Source: an uncultured Candidatus Binatia bacterium (lineage in GTDB: Bacteria; Desulfobacterota; Binatia; UBA9968; JAJDTQ01). Taken from it: a DNA stretch of 64,000 nucleotides. Location of the stretch: assembly GCA_964291295.2 (NCBI GenBank), contig OZ219754.1:416001-480000 (forward strand). The letters are read 5' to 3'. Under the pieces are notes generated by a model, which saw only the letters and a list, made by a program, of their open reading frames with translations, made no database searches and was not told where the DNA came from. This document shows, piece after piece, positions 12,157-22,668 of this stretch (position 1 is its first letter; every line of letters starts with the position of its first letter). Made by a program: the position numbers and the translations under genes.

Positions 12157-12906
12157 ATGAAGGATCGTCCACCCGCAGCCAAGGCGCCGGCATATCCGGC
12201 CGTGAAGCCGGACGACTCCGCCGAGGATGTCGTCACCCAATACCTGCCCATGGTCGAACGCATGGCCCGCCACCTTCATCGCCGGCTGCCCGACGGCTAC
12301 GACCTCCATGCGCTGGTCAACTCCGGCGTGGTGGGTCTGCTCGAGGCCCTGGAGCGGTATGATCCCGAGCGGCGCGTCTCGTTCCATGTCTACGCCAGGC
12401 ACCGCATCCACGGGGAGATGATCCAGTGCCTGCGATCCCTGGACTGGGTCAGCCGATCGATGCGGGCCTGGGGGCGCCGGGTCGCGGCCGTGCGCCGGCG
12501 GCTTTCCGAAGACCTCTGCCGGGAGGCCACTTCGGAGGAGACGGCAAAGGAGTTGGAGATGCCGTTGGAAACCTACCACAAGATGAACTACCGGGCCGGA
12601 GAACACGGACGGTTGAGCCTGGATGACCCGTCCTGCGGCGGAGCGGACGTCATCCTGGACGGGTCGGATTCGGGACAGGGAATCTACCAGGACCCCCTCG
12701 CCTGCGTGGAACGCCGGGACCTGGTCGAGAAACTCGAACGGGCGGTGGCGCGGCTGCCCGAACGGGAGCGTGTGGTGGTGAATCTGCGCCACTACCAGGA
12801 GCTCAAGTTCAGGGAGATCGGAGAAGGACTGGGACTGACGGAAGCACGGATCTGTCAGATCTACGTGCAGGCACGCAAGCGGTTGCGGAAGGCCCTCGAC
12901 GATTGA
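12157..12906 (+). CDS. FliA/WhiG-family (sigma28-like) RNA polymerase sigma factor
   Basis: GLLEALERYDP, YARHRIHGEM..LRSLDWVSR, region 4 EIGEGLGLTEARICQI. Confidence 0.88.
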   Translation: MKDRPPAAKAPAYPAVKPDDSAEDVVTQYLPMVERMARHLHRRLPDGYDLHALVNSGVVGLLEALERYDPERRVSFHVYARHRIHGEMIQCLRSLDWVSRSMRAWGRRVAAVRRRLSEDLCREATSEETAKELEMPLETYHKMNYRAGEHGRLSLDDPSCGGADVILDGSDSGQGIYQDPLACVERRDLVEKLERAVARLPERERVVVNLRHYQELKFREIGEGLGLTEARICQIYVQARKRLRKALDD

Positions 12907-12923
12907 CCGGTGAACGGATGCGG

Positions 12924-14291
12924 TCAGCCTCCGGCCCGGATGGCGGCGATCTCGTCCATGATCACCTGCCGCCTCGGGGAATCGGAAGGGTATTGCTGCG
13001 CCGCCCGCTCCAGGGAATCGATGGCCTTTCCGGACTCGTCTCGCAGCAGGTACGCCTGCGCCAGATAGTAGTGGGCTTTTCCGGGCTGATTCAGCTTGCG
13101 GTAGGCATGGCCGAGCCTGCGGGCGGCCTCGGGCCAGAAGGGCGCAAGTTGGCGCAGCCTCAGATACGAGCGCGCCGCCTGCCGGAACCGCGACTCCTTC
13201 TCGAAGAGCCACCCTCTGTACAGGTGAGTGACGCGATCGTCCGGTTCACGCTCCAACATCCGGTCGAAGGCGGCATGGGCCTTGGCGAACTCTTCGGTGT
13301 GGATGTACGCCCGACCCAGGTCCCGGTCCAGTTTCGGGGGAGGCGACGGCAAACGGGATGCCTTTTCGAACATGTCCCGGGCACGGACCCACCGGCCGGT
13401 GGCGGCATACCCGATTCCCAGGGAGTGGGCCGGCCCGGCCGCCTGCGGGCGGCTCTCATGCGCCTTCCTCAACCGCTCGACCACCTCCTCCGGCCTCCTT
13501 CCCAACTCGATCAGCAGCTTGACCCGCTCGATGTCGTCCCTGCCCCTGAAACGCGGGCGCGTGAGTCCCAGCGCGCGGATCGACGCCGTCAGATTGGCGA
13601 TGCGCTTCTGGGTCAAGGGATGGGTCATCAGATAGGAGGGTCTCCCGACCGGATTGAGGAGCCGTTCGCGATACATCCTCTGCATGAAGGACACCGCGGC
13701 CTCGGGATCATAGCCCGCGCGCGCCAGATAGCCGACGCCGAGATTGTCCGCCTGCTCCTCCATCTGCCGGCTGAACTCCAGCCGCCGGGTCATGGCGACG
13801 GCCGGGCCGGCAAGGGCGACCGGCCCCACGACGGGAGCCAGGAACACTCCGAGCATTCCCACCAGCATGGCCGCGTCCGCGTCGGCAAGCAGCGCGGAGA
13901 AGTGCCGGGCGTTGATGTGGACGATCTCGTGAGCCACCACCGATGCCAGCTCGTCCACGGTCTCCACCTGCTGTATGAGGCCCGAATTGATGAAGATACT
14001 GCCCCCCGGCACCGCAAAGGCATTCATGGAGGGGTCTTCCATGACGAAGAACCGGTATGGATAGCGCACGTTGCCCATGGCGTCGAGGATACGCCGGCCG
14101 ATGCGGTCGACATACAGCTCGATCTCGGGATCCTCGATGAACTTGTAGCGTCGCCGCGCCTCCCGGCGCATCTGGCGGCTGATGCGAATCTCCTCGTCCT
14201 GGGAAAGGGCAAGGGCGGGAGGCACATGGAAAGAGGCGGCGGCATGGCACAAGAGCAGCACCACGGCCCAGCAGTGGAGGGCTTTCCGCAT
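12924..14291 (-). CDS. M48 metalloprotease with TPR repeats (BepA/YfgC-like)
   Basis: Signal peptide, NAFAVPGG, VAHEIVH (HExxH), FSRQMEEQAD, YLMTHP, C-terminal TPR-like helices. Confidence 0.9.
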   Translation of the reverse strand: MRKALHCWAVVLLLCHAAASFHVPPALALSQDEEIRISRQMRREARRRYKFIEDPEIELYVDRIGRRILDAMGNVRYPYRFFVMEDPSMNAFAVPGGSIFINSGLIQQVETVDELASVVAHEIVHINARHFSALLADADAAMLVGMLGVFLAPVVGPVALAGPAVAMTRRLEFSRQMEEQADNLGVGYLARAGYDPEAAVSFMQRMYRERLLNPVGRPSYLMTHPLTQKRIANLTASIRALGLTRPRFRGRDDIERVKLLIELGRRPEEVVERLRKAHESRPQAAGPAHSLGIGYAATGRWVRARDMFEKASRLPSPPPKLDRDLGRAYIHTEEFAKAHAAFDRMLEREPDDRVTHLYRGWLFEKESRFRQAARSYLRLRQLAPFWPEAARRLGHAYRKLNQPGKAHYYLAQAYLLRDESGKAIDSLERAAQQYPSDSPRRQVIMDEIAAIRAGG

Positions 14292-14365
14292 GCCTCAGAG
14301 TTTATCCGACACCCCGGGGCCGGTCAATGCGCGGCGCACCGAGGCGGCGGCGGCGGCCCGGATCC

Positions 14366-16450
14366 TCAATCGAGCCCCAACCAGGCGAACAGGGCGCCGG
14401 GCGGGAACGGCAGATGGAGGAGGAGGTCGAAGATGCCGGCGAAGAACGCGTAGGCCACCGCCGTCAGGATGACGGTGATGCGCCAGCCTTCACGGGCACC
14501 GAACTTGAGGTAGAGGAAGGTCGCCACCAGTGACGACCACACGAATCCGATCAACCAGATGGAGACGAAGAATCCCACCACCCAGGCGCTGATGGCCAAG
14601 GTGCGCCGGCGCGTTTCCTCCGGGGAGACCTCCTCTGCCGCCTCCTCCACCCCCTCTTCTCCGTGCACCACGGTCCTGGAGGTGGTGGCGATCTCTTTCG
14701 CGAAAACCGCCAGGCTGATGAAGAACGCCGGCAGGCCGATGATCAACGGGAACAGGGCCGCGCGCTCCTCATCGGCACCGAAGCCGAAGAAGCACTCGCG
14801 CAGAACGTAGGCGAACACCGCGACGAAGCACAGGGCGAAAACGCCGTAGGCCACGCGATCCTGATACGCGACCGTCTCGACGGTCTTGACGACCCCGGGA
14901 ACCTCGAACCTGGCCTCGTGCCGCTCGATCCGTTTCTTCTCCCGGTAGGCCTGGAACATGGGATAGAACAACCCGGCGAGAATCAGCGCCGAGATCAGCA
15001 GCACGCCCGGCCGCAGCAGGAAGCCGGCCCCGTAGACCTTGGTGGCGATGAACAGATTGTTTTCCGCAATGCCGCCCAGCACCAGCCCCAGCAGAAGCGG
15101 CGGCCGCTGCCAGTCGAACCGGACCATCAGCCAGCCCACCGCACCGAAGATCAGCACCATGACCATGTCGCCGAAGGCGTTGTTGACGGCGAAGCCGCCC
15201 AGGTAGATCAACAACAGAAGAAACGGGATCAGGAAGGTGCCCTTGACGAACGTGATACGCGCGAGCTGGTTCAGGAACAGCAGGCACACCGCCACGGTGA
15301 TGATGTTGGAGACGACGATGATCCAGACGAACGAGAACGTGAGGTTCAGGTGCTTGGCCGGATCAAGCAGGTCCGGTCCGGGGACGATGCCCTGAATGAT
15401 GAACGCTCCCAGCAGGATGGCCATGGAAACACTGCCCGGCACCCCGAAGGCGATGGTCGGAACCAGCGAGCCGCCCTCCTTGGAGTTGTTGGCCGCACCG
15501 GGTCCGAGAACGCCTTCGATGGCGCCCTTGCCGAAACGGTCCTTGTCGCCGGGGGAGCTCTGCACCGCATGGGCATAGGCCACCCACTGGGCCGGTCCGC
15601 CGCCCAGTCCCGGGATGAGACCGATGTAGGAGCCGATGGCGCTGCAGGTCAGCACCAGCTTCCAGTGGCGGAAGGTATCGACGATGCCCTGCATGACGCC
15701 GCCGAGCTTGCCCGTGCTCTGGCGGGCGATGCTCGATCCCTGAACCGACAGATCGATGATCTCGGGAATGGCGAACAGGCCCACGGTGACGGACACCAGC
15801 GACAGGCCGTCCCACAGAAAGAGCGACGCATCCTCCCCGATGACGGGTTCGAGCGTAAAGCGCGGGACGCTTTCGATGGGATCCAGACCGACGGTGGAAA
15901 GCACCAGCCCGACGGCGCCGGTGCACAACCCCTTGAGGATGTTGCCGCCGCTCAGGGAGGCCACGAAGGTAATCCCCAGAAGGGCCAGCATGAAGAACTC
16001 GGAGGAGCCGATGGACAGCACCAGCGGCTGGACGATGGGTATCGCCAAGGCCAGGGCGAAGGCGCCGAAGATGGCGCCCACCAGGGAACTCATCAGCGCC
16101 GCGCCCAGGGCGCGGCCGGCCTCTCCCTTTTTCGCCATGGGATGGCCGTCGACGATGGTGGCGGCGGTGATGCCCTCTCCCGGCACCCCGAAAAGGATCG
16201 ACGTGATGTCTCCCGTGGTGGCGGTCACCGCGTTGGAGCCCAGCAGGAATGCGAACGCGGTGGTGGGATCCATCTTGTAGATGAAGGGCAGCATGAGCGC
16301 CAGCGTCGTGGCACCGCCGAGCCCCGGCAGGATTCCCACGACAAACCCGATGGCGATGCCGATGAGCATGAACAGGAACGGATCCTGTCCGGCGGCGGAG
16401 AACGGCAGAATGTTGGCGAGTCCGATATAGAAGGCGTGAAAGGTGTCCAT
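14366..16450 (-). CDS. Tripartite tricarboxylate transporter TctA with C-terminal TctB-like fusion
   Basis: GILPGLGG, ILFGVPG, AANNSKEGGSLVPTIAFGVPG; extra ~170 aa with 4-5 TM ending FDLLLHLPFPPG (TctB-like). Confidence 0.88.
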   Translation of the reverse strand: MDTFHAFYIGLANILPFSAAGQDPFLFMLIGIAIGFVVGILPGLGGATTLALMLPFIYKMDPTTAFAFLLGSNAVTATTGDITSILFGVPGEGITAATIVDGHPMAKKGEAGRALGAALMSSLVGAIFGAFALALAIPIVQPLVLSIGSSEFFMLALLGITFVASLSGGNILKGLCTGAVGLVLSTVGLDPIESVPRFTLEPVIGEDASLFLWDGLSLVSVTVGLFAIPEIIDLSVQGSSIARQSTGKLGGVMQGIVDTFRHWKLVLTCSAIGSYIGLIPGLGGGPAQWVAYAHAVQSSPGDKDRFGKGAIEGVLGPGAANNSKEGGSLVPTIAFGVPGSVSMAILLGAFIIQGIVPGPDLLDPAKHLNLTFSFVWIIVVSNIITVAVCLLFLNQLARITFVKGTFLIPFLLLLIYLGGFAVNNAFGDMVMVLIFGAVGWLMVRFDWQRPPLLLGLVLGGIAENNLFIATKVYGAGFLLRPGVLLISALILAGLFYPMFQAYREKKRIERHEARFEVPGVVKTVETVAYQDRVAYGVFALCFVAVFAYVLRECFFGFGADEERAALFPLIIGLPAFFISLAVFAKEIATTSRTVVHGEEGVEEAAEEVSPEETRRRTLAISAWVVGFFVSIWLIGFVWSSLVATFLYLKFGAREGWRITVILTAVAYAFFAGIFDLLLHLPFPPGALFAWLGLD

Positions 16451-16650
16451 GCGTTCGTTCTCTGGGCGTCAGGTGTCCGTCAGGTGTCTTGACGAGAGGG
16501 GAGGGCCTTGCGGCGACAACGGCCGCTTGGTGGCAGTCAACGGCGGCTTGGCGGTAACGTCTTGATATGTATCGGGATAGCGTCCGTTTTGAAACGTGCC
16601 TTTATGGCCCAAAACCCCCGACGTGTCAAGCCGGCGGCGCGGCCCGGGGC

Positions 16651-17142
16651 TCAACCCTCCTCGCCGGCCAGCGACGCATAGCTGGTGCCCTCGCCATTCT
16701 CCTGGCTCACCGGCAGACCCAGCCCCGCCCAGCCCTCGGCCAGCACATGCCCGTAGGGGTCGATCATGCCGCCGAAGCCGCCGCGCACGCTGGCTACGTC
16801 CCGGTAGCCCCGCTGCTCCAGGAGATTGGCGGCATTGTTGGACCGGGGACCCGCCTTGCATCCCAGCAGCAGCTTCCGACCCGTGGTGAAATGCCGTTCC
16901 ACCACCTCGATGAAATCCGGGTTGAACACCATGCCCCGGGCCGGATCATGAAGCGCGACCGGGATGTTGACCGCCCCCTCGGGGTGGCCGGCGGTGAACT
17001 CCTCCACCGTGCGCACATCGATGTAGACGGTGCCGGCATCCTGCCGTAACGTGTCATAGGCTTCCTGCGGCGAGATCTCCTTCACGCTCTCCCCCTCGTG
17101 GTCCCGTTCGCTTCCCGAACCATGCGCCACGCGCCGGTTCAC
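16651..17142 (-). CDS. Rhodanese-like sulfurtransferase (start uncertain)
   Basis: [21 protein letters not shown], active loop CKAGPRS. Confidence 0.88.
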   Translation of the reverse strand: MNRRVAHGSGSERDHEGESVKEISPQEAYDTLRQDAGTVYIDVRTVEEFTAGHPEGAVNIPVALHDPARGMVFNPDFIEVVERHFTTGRKLLLGCKAGPRSNNAANLLEQRGYRDVASVRGGFGGMIDPYGHVLAEGWAGLGLPVSQENGEGTSYASLAGEEG

Positions 17143-17912
17143 ATCCCCATCACGTTGTAGCCGGCGTCGACGTGGAGCGTTTCGCCCGTCACGCCGCTGC
17201 CCAGGTCGCTCGCCAGATAGACCGCGGTCCTGCCGATATCGGCGGGGTCCACATTGCGCCTGAGCGGCGCCCGCTCGCTGACATGGTGCAGCATGTCCCG
17301 GAACCCGGCGATGCCGGAGGCGGCCAGGGTCTTCACCGGACCGGCCGAGATGGCGTTGACCCGTATGCCCTCCGGGCCGAGATCGTGGGCCAGGTAGCGG
17401 ACGCTGGCTTCCAGGGCCGCCTTGGCCACACCCATGACATTGTAGTTGGGGACCACCTTCTCGGACCCCATGTAGGTCAGCGTCACCACTGCGCCGCCGC
17501 GTCCCTTCATGAGCGGGGCGGCATGACGCGTGAGCGCCACCAGCGAATAGCTGCTGATGTCCAGGGCGGTGTGAAACCCCTCACGGCCGGTCTGCACGTA
17601 CGGCCGGGACAGGTCTTCCTTTCTGGCCCAGGCGATGGCGTGCACCAGGATGTCGAGGCCGCCCCACTTGCGCCCGACGGCTTCGAAGACCGCCTCGATC
17701 TCCTCGTCCCGGGTGACGTCGCACGGCAGGACGATGTCCGAGCCGATGCCCTCGGCCAGGGGCCGGACACGCTTCTCCAGCACTTCGCCGGCATAGGTGA
17801 AGGCCAACTCCGCGCCCTGGGCATGCAGTTCCCGCGCCACCCCCCAGGCAATGCTCCGGTCGTTGGCCACGCCGAAGATCAGTGCCTTCCTGCCGTCAAC
17901 GATTCCCGCCAT
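17139..17912 (-). CDS. fabI: Enoyl-ACP reductase
   Basis: [37 protein letters not shown]. Confidence 0.96.
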   Translation of the reverse strand: MAGIVDGRKALIFGVANDRSIAWGVARELHAQGAELAFTYAGEVLEKRVRPLAEGIGSDIVLPCDVTRDEEIEAVFEAVGRKWGGLDILVHAIAWARKEDLSRPYVQTGREGFHTALDISSYSLVALTRHAAPLMKGRGGAVVTLTYMGSEKVVPNYNVMGVAKAALEASVRYLAHDLGPEGIRVNAISAGPVKTLAASGIAGFRDMLHHVSERAPLRRNVDPADIGRTAVYLASDLGSGVTGETLHVDAGYNVMGM

Positions 17913-17960
17913 TTCGGACTCCCCCTTGGGGCGGTGGATCCGCCGCCGCGCCGCGTGGGT

Positions 17961-18551
17961 CTACCTGAGTCCCCTCTGCCAGAGGTACTCCGTCTCCCCC
18001 AGATGCTTGCCCACCCATCGTCCGAGGACGAAGAAGAAATCGCTCAACCGGTTGACATACCTGAGCGGCCACGCGCCGACCTTCTCGGTCCGCGACAGCC
18101 GCAGGATCTCCCGCTCCGCCCGCCGGCACACCGTCCTGCACTGATGGAGCTGCGCGCTGACGCGGCCGCCCCCTGGAAGGATGAACGACTTGAGCGGCGC
18201 CAGCTCTTTCTGGCAGTCATCGATGGCGCGTTCGAGGCGTGTCACCTCTTCCGCACCCACCCGGTGCATGCCCTCGTACGTGAAGTCCTCCGGGGTCGCC
18301 AACTCGCTGCCCAGATCGAAAAGCTCCTGCTGGACGTCCTGGAGCATGGCGTCGAGCCTGAGGCGCAGCGTACGGTCCCCCCGGCCCTGGTCGTTCCAGG
18401 CCCGCGCCAGCCCGACCACGGCGTTGAGCTCGTCGACGGCACCGCAGGCTTCGATACGGACAGCGTCCTTTGGAACCCGCTTTCCCCCGACCAGCGCGGT
18501 CATGCCGTCATCGCCGGTACGGGTATAGACGCGGTTGATTCTGATGGCCAT
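17961..18551 (-). CDS. ATP:cob(I)alamin adenosyltransferase (PduO/YvqK type)
   Basis: VYTRTGDDG.T, GAVDELN, RTVCRRAER, YVNRLSDFFF. Confidence 0.93.
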   Translation of the reverse strand: MAIRINRVYTRTGDDGMTALVGGKRVPKDAVRIEACGAVDELNAVVGLARAWNDQGRGDRTLRLRLDAMLQDVQQELFDLGSELATPEDFTYEGMHRVGAEEVTRLERAIDDCQKELAPLKSFILPGGGRVSAQLHQCRTVCRRAEREILRLSRTEKVGAWPLRYVNRLSDFFFVLGRWVGKHLGETEYLWQRGLR

Positions 18552-18689
18552 TCCGGAACCCTTCGTTCACACGCGGACCAGCCTATCGGTTCAAGGGTTG
18601 AAAGCCAAATCGCCGTGCCGCCGGCCCCGCCGAACCCCCCTGTTTTGTTCGATCACCGGAGATGATAGGAGGAAAGGCAGGAGGAAAAG

Positions 18690-19154
18690 GTGATGTGGAG
18701 GACGACGCCGCTCTGCCGCAGCCTGTTCCTGCCGGCGTGGCTGAGCCTGCTGGGCCTGACCGCGCTTTCCGGCTGCATTCGCGAGGAAGAGATGCGGATG
18801 GTCTATGCCCAACGCTGCGCCAGTTGCCACGGCCCCGGCGGCCTTGGCGACGGGCCCATCGCCAAGGCGCTTTCCGCCAAGGTGCCGGATTTCCGCGACA
18901 CCGTCTCCAACCGCGACGTCTTCGAGATCCGCCGGATCATCAAGAAGGGCAAGGGCATCATGCCCGCCTTCGAGCCCGCCCTGGAAAAGTACCAGATCCA
19001 GGACATGGTGCGGATGGTCCGGGTATTGAGCATGGAGGGGCGCGACCTGAAGTGGTGGGAGCAGTTCGAGCCCCTTGTCTGGGCCCACTGCTCGGTCCCT
19101 TGGCAGTACGTGTACGGCGTCGGCGCCCCTGCCGGGAAGGGCGGCCGGTCGTGA
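18690..19154 (+). CDS. Monoheme cytochrome c lipoprotein
   Basis: Lipobox LSGC, CASCH, MPAF axial Met. Confidence 0.85.
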   Translation: MMWRTTPLCRSLFLPAWLSLLGLTALSGCIREEEMRMVYAQRCASCHGPGGLGDGPIAKALSAKVPDFRDTVSNRDVFEIRRIIKKGKGIMPAFEPALEKYQIQDMVRMVRVLSMEGRDLKWWEQFEPLVWAHCSVPWQYVYGVGAPAGKGGRS

Positions 19155-19161
19155 CACTCCA

Positions 19162-20481
19162 TCACGCGGGCGCCCCCTCGGCGGTGGGCGCGAGCGGCGG
19201 CATCGGCTTCCGGGGCCGAATGCCGAGCCCGAACGCGGCGGCCATCAGCCCCATCCAGCCGCCGGCGAAGAACGCCATCTCATAGTTCCCCACGTAGTCG
19301 TAAAGCAGCCCGCCGCCGTTGGCCATGGCGAATCCACCCACTTGGTGCGCCAGGAAGATCCAGCCGTAGATCCGCCCGATGGACTGCTTGCCGAAGGTCT
19401 GGCCCGCGATCATCACCACGGGAGGAACCGTGGCGAACCAGTCGAGCCCGTAGATGATGGTGAAGAGGATCAGCCCCTGGGTACTGTCCACGAAGGTCAG
19501 ATAGAAGAGCGACAGTCCCCGCAGCGTGAACACCGCGGCGATCAGCTTCCGGGGATCGACACGGTCGGCCAACCAGCCGGAGCACAGCGTCCCGACGATG
19601 TTCATGGTGCCCATGATGGTCACGGCGGTGCCTACGGTGACCTTGTCGAATCCGTTCTCCAGGGCATGGGGAATCAGGTGGGTTCCGATGAGCCCGTTGG
19701 CGGTGCCGCCGCAGATGGAGAACACGCCGCACAGGAGCCAGAAGGTCGGCGTCCTGACGGCGTCGCGGATGCCCATGACCGGCACCGCAGGGCTGTTTTC
19801 GTCCGTCCTGGCCGCCGACGCCGTCTCCGCCCCGACGCCCTCGTTGTAGGGCTCCAGACCCACGTCCGCGGGCCTGTCGCGCATCAACAGCCAGACCAGT
19901 GTCGCCGCCGTGGCCGTACAGGCCACCAGCACGTAGGAGCCCATGCGCCAGCCGGTCAAGGTGATGACAAAGAGCATGAACGGGATGAAAACGATCTGCC
20001 CCGACGAACTGCCGCTGCTGAGGATGCCCACAGCAAGCCCGCGCCGCGCATTGAACCAGCGATGCGCCACCGAAGCGGACAGCACCCCCGACATGCCGCC
20101 GGCCCCGAGCCCCACCATGACCCCCCAGGTCAGCCAGAATTGCCACAACTGGCTGACGAGGGTGGTGCAAAGCAGACCCGTCGAGAGCAGGGTCAGCGAG
20201 GCCAGCATGACCCGCCGCGGTCCGTACTTGTCCAGGACCCAGCCGACCACCGGGGCGGCCACGCCGTAGAGCAGGAGATTGACGGAGATGCCGAAGGTGA
20301 TGGCCGAGCGAGCCCATCCGAAATCCGCTTCGAGCGGATGGATCAGCACGGTGGGAACCACCCGGATACCGGCTCCGTTGAAGCTGGCGAAGAACGTCAC
20401 GGCGACGATGAGCCAGCCGTAATGAAATGGCAACGGTATGGGCGGCCGCCGCCTGGAATCGGAGCGCGCGGGATGATTCAT
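19162..20481 (-). CDS. MFS transporter
   Basis: 12-TM pattern, GWVLDKYGPRRV motif A, YGLDWFATVPP. Confidence 0.9.
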   Translation of the reverse strand: MNHPARSDSRRRPPIPLPFHYGWLIVAVTFFASFNGAGIRVVPTVLIHPLEADFGWARSAITFGISVNLLLYGVAAPVVGWVLDKYGPRRVMLASLTLLSTGLLCTTLVSQLWQFWLTWGVMVGLGAGGMSGVLSASVAHRWFNARRGLAVGILSSGSSSGQIVFIPFMLFVITLTGWRMGSYVLVACTATAATLVWLLMRDRPADVGLEPYNEGVGAETASAARTDENSPAVPVMGIRDAVRTPTFWLLCGVFSICGGTANGLIGTHLIPHALENGFDKVTVGTAVTIMGTMNIVGTLCSGWLADRVDPRKLIAAVFTLRGLSLFYLTFVDSTQGLILFTIIYGLDWFATVPPVVMIAGQTFGKQSIGRIYGWIFLAHQVGGFAMANGGGLLYDYVGNYEMAFFAGGWMGLMAAAFGLGIRPRKPMPPLAPTAEGAPA

Positions 20482-20553
20482 CCGATCTCGCTTTCCCTGG
20501 GAACGCGGGAACCGGAACGCCTCCCGAGAGGAAGTCCCGTTCCCGCACGGCGG

Positions 20554-21540
20554 CTACTTCGGCAACGCGTCGCGCATGGCCTGCGTGTACTTGCTGTAGC
20601 TCTTGACGTAGTTGTCCAGGTCGGCCTGCGCCATCCTGGAGTCGCCCGGGACGATGGGGCTCCTGGAGCGGGCCAGGAACTCCTTGTATTCGGCATCGGT
20701 CATGGCCTTCATGAACAGGTCTTCGAGTATCTTCTTCCGCTCCTCGGGGAGACCGGGCGGTGCCACGATGCTGCGGCCCACGTAGAGGCGGAGATCGACC
20801 CCCTTCTCCATTGCCGTCGGCGTGTTCGGAGCGTTGACCGGCCGTTCACTGTGCAGGTGGAGGATTGGCCGGACATCGCCCGACGCGATGTAGGTGGCGG
20901 TGGTGGGATGGTCGATGGGCTGCAGGTAGACGTCGAAGTCATTCCGGATCATTGCCGGTATGCCCTCGCTGGTACCGCTGTAGCCCGACACCACGTCCAT
21001 CGGGATGCCCAGCTCGTTGGCCGCCACGAAAGTCGGTATCCATCGCGACACGCCGATGCCCTCCACGCCCCACTTCACCCGCTTCGCCTTCCGGAGATCC
21101 TCAAGCGTGTGGAAGCGGGAATTGCCGCCCACGATGAGGCTGTACGGTTCGGCTCCGACCCGCGCGATGTAGGTGAACCGGGTGACGTCGTAGCCGGTCT
21201 TCGCCGCCCCGCTGATCAACTGCTTGCCGAGCATCCCGTCCGTGAACAGGTGCCCCAGGGTGTAGCCGTCGGGCCTGGCCTTGTACATGGCCACCGTGCC
21301 GATGACCAATCCGCCGCCCGTGATGTTCTTGACCACCACGTGGACGCCCTCCGGCAGGTATTTCCTCATGCTCCTGCCGATGCCCCGGGCCAGCCGGTCG
21401 AAACCACCGCCAGGCGACCCCGCGACGATGATGGTGATGTTCTTCTTCGGAAAGTCCGCCGCCGAGACGGCGGCCGGTGCGGCAAGGGCCACCAAGGCCA
21501 AAGCCGGCAACATGGCAAACCACCCGGACCCTCTTTTCAT
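20554..21540 (-). CDS. TctC/Bug-family substrate-binding protein
   Basis: Signal peptide, FPKKNITIIVAGSPGGGFD, VVKNITGGG, ARPDGYTL. Confidence 0.9.
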   Translation of the reverse strand: MKRGSGWFAMLPALALVALAAPAAVSAADFPKKNITIIVAGSPGGGFDRLARGIGRSMRKYLPEGVHVVVKNITGGGLVIGTVAMYKARPDGYTLGHLFTDGMLGKQLISGAAKTGYDVTRFTYIARVGAEPYSLIVGGNSRFHTLEDLRKAKRVKWGVEGIGVSRWIPTFVAANELGIPMDVVSGYSGTSEGIPAMIRNDFDVYLQPIDHPTTATYIASGDVRPILHLHSERPVNAPNTPTAMEKGVDLRLYVGRSIVAPPGLPEERKKILEDLFMKAMTDAEYKEFLARSRSPIVPGDSRMAQADLDNYVKSYSKYTQAMRDALPK

Positions 21541-22131
21541 GGCGTTTCTCCTTTTCACGGACACCGTATCCACTCGACTTGACGGAGTTCCCCAGAAAAC
21601 AACATCGAGAAGGTCCTTGTCAAACCGGGATTGCCCGGACACCGCTGCGAAAGGCCCGGGGCGCGTGTCCGGCAAGGGGACACCGCAAACAGGTCCGGCG
21701 GTCCAGATCCAAACAGTCCATGGGGGAGCCGATTTCGTTGTCCGTGTGCCGGCTCCGGCCTCACGGAGGCGCCACCCGGACGGCAACTCCGCAGCGGTCG
21801 CCAGCCGCGGATGGCGACAGAACGTCGTTCCCGGCGCAAGGCTTTGCAACCCGGACCGCCGTTGGCATAGTGCATGGATGAGCAGAAAGGGAAACCGGGT
21901 ACGGAGATGCCATAGAGCAGGACTCCGAACCGTTGGAGGACGACCCGGAGCGGAATGCGTGCAGCCATGACCGAAATGAGTCAAACCCGAAGTCGGCGCC
22001 GGCACCGGAATCAACCCGGCTTGTTCGCCGCGAAGCCGCGGCCAAGCGGCGCGACCTGAACATGGCCGCCCGCTTCCGCCTTGAGACTGAGCCGAGGTTG
22101 CATCCAGGAACGACCACCACGAAACCCGACG

Positions 22132-22413
22132 ATGCCTGACTACGATCCTGAACCCGGCGTGGCCTTGCTCGCGTTGTTCGTATGGTGCGTGCTCTTCGGC
22201 GGACTTGCATGGTGGCTTGACAATTCGCGCAAGGCCGTTGTGATCGGTGTTATTGGCGGCCCTGCCGGCGTATTGCTGGTGTTCCTGATGGCCTACGGCG
22301 CGGAACTCATCGAGCGAAAGCGGCGCGAGGGCAAACGCGGCCATTGCGGATGCCGCCATCCGCCGGCGGACCGCCGACAGGAACGCGGCCAGGGCCGGCG
22401 TTCCGGGCCCTGA
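22132..22413 (+). CDS. Small hypothetical membrane protein (2 TM)
   Basis: Two hydrophobic segments followed by a basic tail. Confidence 0.45.
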   Translation: MPDYDPEPGVALLALFVWCVLFGGLAWWLDNSRKAVVIGVIGGPAGVLLVFLMAYGAELIERKRREGKRGHCGCRHPPADRRQERGQGRRSGP

Positions 22414-22416
22414 TGG

Positions 22417-22668
22417 ATGCTCGTCTGGTTCTTGATGTACGGCTGTCTCCGGGCGGTTGGGGCGGAGGGGCCGCCCTTGATCGGGGATCGCCTGTTTTGG
22501 GGCGCCTTTGGCGATCTCGGTTCTTTGGCGGCGTTCATCTGCCTGGCCATTGGAGTCGGCCCGCGCGCCATCGCCGCCACCGGCAGGCAGGCGCGCCACT
22601 CCTCGGTCTCGACCACGCGCGGACGTGACGGCGGAACGGACAGGCAACTCCCGGGAGAGCACGCATGA
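22417..22668 (+). CDS. Small hypothetical membrane protein
   Basis: Hydrophobic segments; ATGA overlap with the next gene. Confidence 0.3.
   Translation: MLVWFLMYGCLRAVGAEGPPLIGDRLFWGAFGDLGSLAAFICLAIGVGPRAIAATGRQARHSSVSTTRGRDGGTDRQLPGEHA

Noticed and set aside
21862-21880. Sigma54-like TTGGCATAGTGCATGG
   Set aside because: The -12 GC is GG and no clear gene follows
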